The notes under the pieces: generated by a model
The model's input: the letters and a program-made list of their open reading frames with translations, nothing else
Database searches by the model: none
Told to the model about the DNA's origin: nothing
Position numbers and translations under genes: made by a program
Shown here: positions 61,701-64,000 of the stretch, one piece after another
Numbering within the stretch: the first letter of the stretch is position 1
Layout: the number at the start of each line of letters is the position of its first letter
IMG/VR virus record: IMGVR_UViG_3300020048_000136
DNA length: 64,000 nt
Direction: 5' to 3' (one strand)
DNA from: a virus

Positions 61701-62362
61701 ATGAGGATGACGAAGAATATGCAAAGAGGAAGAAGAATATTATGAAGGGTAGAGGCTCTTCTGTGGTAGCCGACATGTTCTCACCAATACCCATTGCTGA
61801 TAAGTTGGTTCAGATGGCAGCAAGCTATGCGTTGAATGAGGCTCAAGATATGATGGATGTAAGTGAGGAGGATAAGTTAGCTATCTATAGCAGCAACAAG
61901 CAGGACTTTGTTCAAGCCATGGGGACTTTTGGAATAGCATATGATAGGGCAAAGCAGCTGTATGACCTTGTATCTCTTTCGGCTACGGGTGAATACAAAG
62001 ATGACTTTGGTGTTGAGAAGAAGATAACTGAAGCCAACCAAGATAAGCTTAAGTACTTTATCCCTGCTGCCGTCATGGTAAACATGGGGTTAGCGCCATC
62101 GGAGACGAGTTCAGTTATACGCTACTCAATAAAGTATGCCAAGGAGAAGAGCAAGAAGGTTGGAGGTGAGTCATCAGAGGGAGGCATGACCAAGGAGGAC
62201 ATGAAGACCTACATGCCCAAGACATATGAGAGGATGTACGGGAAGAACTCTGCTGATGCAAAGATGAAGGAGAAGATTAAGGCGCATACAAAGCCTTATG
62301 ATGACAAGATGAAGGCTTATAAAGCTAAGATGAAGTTGATGGGAAAGAGAAGTGGATTATAG
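52706..62362 (+). CDS. giant multidomain (polyvalent-type) virion protein, 3218 aa, with a GNAT-like domain, a zincin HExxH motif and a C-terminal TM region
   Basis: N-terminal tandem repeat DSYELFVANGYGKSIDDYKTL / DSYDLFVENGYGRTIDDYKTL. Acidic Thr/Glu/Ala/Pro linker around 54600-55600. GNAT-like segment around 56085-56530 (...ECFDTVLPHYYSKFGFK). HEFGH at 58154-58168. TM helices near 61600-61700. Confidence 0.7.
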   Translation: MNEQAIKDSYELFVANGYGKSIDDYKTLIASNPNALKDSYDLFVENGYGRTIDDYKTLMGVGISAEPTVKKKEVSSQPVTTDLRISSNPQAMEAIGNRIEQIDPLSQHNLNKEQSISNAYKAAENPPNEEKKEGNFLTKAASLIFKGLLFQKEIESQVESGTTKLVSGALGVPEIAWDVASSAPRALGIPVQHWRDTPWVQSADVAGVELNPIAHMENTKNYLFERGKEIDKYVRTINPELDKGALTAFSEGDVGLGFRNLISGTAQSLPTTVAIAASGGTAAPAMVGFQVGTFAEQSYQQSLDDNDYEKIGQDRLALVSLLSGSMEYTFESVLGAGATAAAIRKLIEREGKDVAEGVVRKGIKNGFVDMLITNPWLAPLGDSFEEGATQLSQNVINKYSGYKPDIKIMDGVGESMLQGSFMGIAMGGTLKAVAMSQKEKLPSQKEADEKIRGIADRLMNPENLPLVSTSMERVVKWSEMMNSLGRIDEQTYNRIQENVSNYRAATDLLSVGKGEKTTPKPETVTRLMDLLAAKKDLTSTKDRAEYYSDEIRRINDEILNVTQNKEVPEGNNREYINQLVNDIVAHTRVGVPSYTIDGVEYAKDKFTEIISGMTANDFKAHKIGVSNDKETSNLLIERSNAIQEPSTEESLPRSEQPEVGLPKVGEGDTQEQTAPEVLQAKQEEVTAEVATEASPAAETVTAAETATEQEPAVEVTAEPAVTETTEVVSEAGETAVREVSSKTLEGTKYDLSDVDKSTSTIATLASTAREEKRAFLTERKAELLNTVETAPSENPSTARALEELQSVEKRIESLAIADKIDEVKAKLAAATNAKDKAKWDKENTNLQNRFRELNGNFSYSGYELISHTNRDIVKAKSYKDLAEKYHAAKQDGTNPALVKAVEELAYKGAGIPAPEAVVQTEAPAQETAPVQAETTQVAPAQETVVEAAPAKPAKAAKPAVKSEVEAIEEDIQFYEMKVEDFIEDNKSSLSELKEDIANLKKKKDGVRSSNMTRAEKAEAIEEIDSDIEELKDNYDAVVESNNNDIREHKSELNKLKKKLAKAQLKAKASTTSQTTKANGQENTESASGTNQGAGEGTSKLSRLLETITQRSSVKRGINKKDVRREQTVRGFHVNIISEITFDKSLSSKLKKAFSGFKGTQKVYEITNGDSFLALQKKALENNKFGTSVTYKSAEDYNSTRMFITEDGSTGLVLTKDGELSAGFSDGTRPNNISQLLILGIKEGAQHIECFDTVLPHYYSKFGFKIKSRLEFNDEMKPEGWDYETYKNFNNGKPDVLFGIYEGGDRNTIEDRIGTLGDYNKDEAKKFDKDSYQQAHDFNLNEDVKVRKAEGVYEETVADEASRLESLLDDGAQFQLETEPSDVQESMIAEAEKMMAEAEAQGFSENAFDATNPEPAVVQIPIVIRENSKLADKVKRMGLSELIGKKVNLVMADQLKVGSVMVGKKRLNRMGGHLFPLIDKLFGKVAWASIDRAAAKKIVIGAIKSDYTVVYNMDTKAIDSNKAMRETFLGMIEALPKEQSDVILKQILSHLDGKKFAKATAAVHKALDNVKTFKEFEDALSTLNVDAKAKIVNLLIPSDKVKAASDLGKTLQSLDISVESIRRQNIEQFVSELPMGAMTMVLEVHDKNGNRVTAETLDEAIMTREQQEAEGLPTHDNYPFYVRGKAVAILKETVPFWHMLKQSLDKINKKTAKILRDKNDNIITANTALLNEMYMAQRSATNAKELTDPNTTHYQKFVALLSRSFPTVKVATEAEFNNLIDNLGAQTLLVKKQKVYGAVYGGKVYLNPTLENYNTPIHEFGHIWTNVTKASNPKLYEKGISLVKGSSYESRVLNSPDYKRIVRKMRESGSTVQQINEYVAEEALAMAIGDKGESFIIASQRASFNDWLNKMYSAFKNMMGISKYTTEQLENITLDEFTKAIAVDLLSGGQLFSNEEVDNAAKKLQLDTAGRSAEAIVKKARENGFSEESIRVVLNKRGYSPAEITEAMSNIAPTATLSEDILEGYDALMKKVDDKIRTQIANKVDVKAIAKYLDKMLAKSEVYNNATDAQKKRLELEVKNKLNVRENRTATLGRFFGAIKDVTGMSNSDKKKIVRSIRDLSQDSAKHITQELRMLAETGKVTLNQVNNIISKFGKTNLNSETSVSHFVDYMSKVFKDAEYSAKLSDANKMMKSIKKLSKNKDKDANLRALASAFIKINPATVDDIDMYNSVAAKINEAIKGSTMRGQNVTFAESVNIAEASEYIRETIDAQNDKIRKDRIAEIQQLMGVDVSDLSAEDMLEFLSNDEPITKYNEGIVRSTINKMFNIYSTLISESFSTGKDVFTDEDVSFTQEQMELVNKFMSMDLKLLSPKNALKAVDALSNFLQNKSTAKMQAVVSEYAGEYNAQALVRKGVKSRVLRKYYFKNIGRFLTEQTYNLNMVFERMFGGVNSGALVKRLSGMADVINNKALAQRMSSDITKRYVDRFYHRTTNGQPFNSEYNEVERGVYAFMTRNVIGTEAEMKAEFGRRKTLLEETIDALSKGDSKEQAIAALYQSAYIGIVAEAKTIKDIYDNTSSTNVDAVEFWVSEWADNFEQMSDVALNVYNKVLDRDLNYTPDRYSRLSADSGTVELSNDESAFLNNTDGVIYKKETGVLMTAIKPKTLPKNRYINLSFDTNNSNSMYDALVDINTASAIRQVESFFNSDSYSKIVQSGDDAKLLKNRVALYVQNIRRKSPFSNDEMSAMVRNLNKLATIGVGQALGGVTQPLKQVISVGTNTLVNAGGLDVLSTFNAAKKSFIDRCGYAIANRGIESQAHVESINKLIEEASKSTGEKALKLIEKANKKWLEVFLVNPDVYIARMSWMTYYEKALRADGIDPSRIDYNTAEVNTKAADYAQEMVDRQQNVSDTDMAGKVFSNKEPSNQILVKTLLPFASFRMNQSARLGTDISVLTSKTSTVEDKIIAGRSVAGFGVEMVVFHALGVGIALTLGSIAKALLGKDEDDEEYAKRKKNIMKGRGSSVVADMFSPIPIADKLVQMAASYALNEAQDMMDVSEEDKLAIYSSNKQDFVQAMGTFGIAYDRAKQLYDLVSLSATGEYKDDFGVEKKITEANQDKLKYFIPAAVMVNMGLAPSETSSVIRYSIKYAKEKSKKVGGESSEGGMTKEDMKTYMPKTYERMYGKNSADAKMKEKIKAHTKPYDDKMKAYKAKMKLMGKRSGL
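54921..54934. repeat. palindrome TGTCTTCAAAGACA (inside the giant ORF; read as VSSKT)
   Basis: Exact match. Confidence 0.95.
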
Positions 62363-62376
62363 TGTCTTCAAAGACA
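62363..62376. repeat. palindrome TGTCTTCAAAGACA (begins 1 nt after the giant ORF stop)
   Basis: Exact match. Confidence 0.95.
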
Positions 62377-62380
62377 TTGC

Positions 62381-62425
62381 AAAAAAAATACCCAATAACT
62401 AAGGATTATCTCCATGGTTATTGGG
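62381..62425 (-). terminator. rho-independent terminator of the right-hand leftward operon (convergent junction)
   Basis: On the minus strand, CCCAATAAC-17 nt-GTTATTGGG is followed by TA and T8. Confidence 0.65.
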
Positions 62426-62430
62426 CATTC

Positions 62431-62622
62431 TTATACCTCATCTTCCAACGATTCAAGTATTGCTCGCATAGTTTTTATTAGGCGCTTCAATTCTTTCTTA
62501 AGTTCATCGCTATCGTTGTCAATCATACATTCATAGACGGTATTAACGGATGAGTGTATGTCATCCATCACGAAATTGACGTGCGCTATTCTTTCGGTAT
62601 CTATTGCGGTGATAATAGTCAT
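62431..62622 (-). CDS. hypothetical acidic protein (63 aa)
   Basis: Track ORF. Confidence 0.5.
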   Translation of the reverse strand: MTIITAIDTERIAHVNFVMDDIHSSVNTVYECMIDNDSDELKKELKRLIKTMRAILESLEDEV

Positions 62623-62623
62623 C

Positions 62624-63169
62624 TCATATTCGTATACGTGTAGCGTACAAGCTGTTAAACATGGCAGTTAATTTCAGTTCAATATCCTCCTCCATACCAT
62701 AAGGAGTCCTCGCTTTTATTATCCGAAATATCTTAGCAAACCTTTCGCTTACAGCCAACTTGCTAACCAAATCTTCTTGGGACAAAGTTAGCGATTTTAT
62801 CCTCTCCCTTAAAGCGTATACTTCTTCGGTCAGACTCTCTACATTTGCCTCTGATTCCTCCTTATGGGTATCGTCATTAGCGTGGAATTTATCTCGGCAC
62901 TCAGTATACTTATCCTTCAAATCTTCATCATACTTCAACTGCCAATCGATATCCCTAAGGTAGTGCATGATAGTTGCGTGGTCTTTAAGGATGCCTTCTC
63001 CAATCTTTTGGAATGGGTATCCATCCTCCCTGAGAATCATTGAGTATACCTTTCTCCCGTTAACAACCTCTCTCTTCCTTGTATCCCGTGATATATCTGT
63101 CATGAACACTCCGTTCACAATCTCAAATAGCATCTTTGCTTTTGCTTCACTTTTAATTTTCTTATTCAT
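62624..63169 (-). CDS. DnaA domain IV-like HTH protein (second paralog) with a coiled-coil tail
   Basis: RKREVVNGRKVYSMILREDGYPFQKIGEGILKDHATIMHYLRDI follows the DnaA C-terminal pattern. Confidence 0.5.
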   Translation of the reverse strand: MNKKIKSEAKAKMLFEIVNGVFMTDISRDTRKREVVNGRKVYSMILREDGYPFQKIGEGILKDHATIMHYLRDIDWQLKYDEDLKDKYTECRDKFHANDDTHKEESEANVESLTEEVYALRERIKSLTLSQEDLVSKLAVSERFAKIFRIIKARTPYGMEEDIELKLTAMFNSLYATRIRI

Positions 63170-63395
63170 GGCTTAGTTTTATAATGTGAAATTCATCAAG
63201 ATAAAGTTCGAACACATCTACGCAGAACTGCCTGTTCTTCATTTGCGAGCGACTCCCGTTACAGCTTATAGAGAACTCCGTTTCCTTACAGGTCAAAGTT
63301 GAACCTGCATTTATAATCCCGCAGGATTGTCCTCCATGTTGTTCTTTAGGGAATTGCTCCCATACCATTAGCTTCTTTATTTCTTCGGTTATCAT
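63162..63395 (-). CDS. hypothetical protein (77 aa)
   Basis: Track ORF. Confidence 0.5.
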   Translation of the reverse strand: MITEEIKKLMVWEQFPKEQHGGQSCGIINAGSTLTCKETEFSISCNGSRSQMKNRQFCVDVFELYLDEFHIIKLSHE

Positions 63396-63694
63396 TCTAT
63401 ATCGCTATTAAAAAGTTCGTATAATTCTGATGTAGTAAATACCGTCCCCTCTTTTACACGGGGATTATCTATATTGAACCAAGCCCCCGACACCCCGTAT
63501 TGCCTGTAGGATGGCTCAAGCCACTCCGCAAATAACAATGACTGCTCTTTCGCATAGTTCATGATGTCAGATGCAAGTTTGTGTTTTTCTTGTAGCATCA
63601 GCCCACCCGACTTTCCAAATCCTTCTACCCACGAAATAGCTATCAGCCGTGGGGTTTTCTTTATCCCGCTGATTGGTACGAGTTCGTAGTCCAT
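63392..63694 (-). CDS. hypothetical protein (about 100 aa)
   Basis: Track ORF 63392..63748. The internal ATG at 63694 (MDYELVP) abuts the upstream stop at 63696. Confidence 0.5.
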   Translation of the reverse strand: MDYELVPISGIKKTPRLIAISWVEGFGKSGGLMLQEKHKLASDIMNYAKEQSLLFAEWLEPSYRQYGVSGAWFNIDNPRVKEGTVFTTSELYELFNSDIE

Positions 63695-63695
63695 A

Positions 63696-63941
63696 TTATT
63701 TTGGTGGCATTTTAGATTCAACCATAAGTCTGAACTTCCGATATGCATTCTTCTTGTTTATCGCAATAATGTAAAATGACCTCGCATCATGCATAGTCTT
63801 TGTCTTCTTATCCCCGATATCCTTCTTATGTTGGGCGGCATCTGTATAGTTTGCCGTATCGATAGGAGTCCTTACGACCTCCTTCATTTCCTGCGTGTCA
63901 ATGTTAAAAGCGAACAACTTCATGCCCCTTGGGATTCTCAT
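63696..63941 (-). CDS. hypothetical basic protein (81 aa)
   Basis: Track ORF near the window edge. Confidence 0.45.
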   Translation of the reverse strand: MRIPRGMKLFAFNIDTQEMKEVVRTPIDTANYTDAAQHKKDIGDKKTKTMHDARSFYIIAINKKNAYRKFRLMVESKMPPK

Positions 63942-64000
63942 GCTCCCGATTAGCTTGTACTCTTGCTTCTGCTCGGCTTTAGTTTCTACAACCGTTTTGG

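Noticed and set aside
19980-62362. Stop-codon reassignment (TAG or TGA recoding) of the kind seen in some Bacteroidota phages.
   Set aside because: All large late ORFs, up to 3218 codons, are uninterrupted under the standard code. The tRNA-like gene has no suppressor anticodon.

Overview
The window looks like most of a virulent dsDNA phage genome. The structural genes follow a podovirus-like order: terminase, portal, scaffold, capsid, tail and ejection proteins. At least 14 genes are preceded by the Bacteroidota-type -7 promoter box TAnnTTTG, mostly as TATCTTTGT, which suggests a Bacteroidota host.

Layout:
- 1-18.7 kb: leftward (minus strand) early and replication block of about 45 small genes. 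It includes an SNF2 helicase, an AEP-primase/SF3-helicase, an SSB, a PD-(D/E)XK exonuclease, an annealing protein, two DnaA-domain-IV-like HTH proteins, an amidoligase, and a GATase-II/gamma-glutamylcyclotransferase fusion.
- 18.7-19.98 kb: non-coding control region with a (GCA)n tract, iterons and divergent promoters.
- 19.98-62.36 kb: rightward block. It carries phage GroEL and GroES, a nonapeptide-repeat fiber, a lysis cassette, two paralogous fibers, TerL, portal, scaffold, MCP, tail and internal proteins, and a 3218-aa multidomain protein.
- 62.4-64 kb: a second leftward block.

Most notable non-protein signals:
1. Three copies of a type III hammerhead-ribozyme motif on the minus strand. 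Two have a canonical core with compensatory stem changes; one has a U4C core variant. Each lies 20-22 nt upstream of an early start codon and abuts an upstream hairpin. They flank the amidoligase and GATase genes.
2. A 90-nt tRNA-like gene whose anticodon arm is replaced by a GAAA-capped rod, plus two isolated T-arm/acceptor-like minihelices in intergenic spacers.
3. A 14-bp palindrome, TGTCTTnnAAGACA, present 10 times exactly. Copies lie after stop codons and inside ORFs in three different reading frames.
4. Two copies of an iteron-bearing AT-rich module.

All functional calls come from reading motifs by eye. No searches were run.
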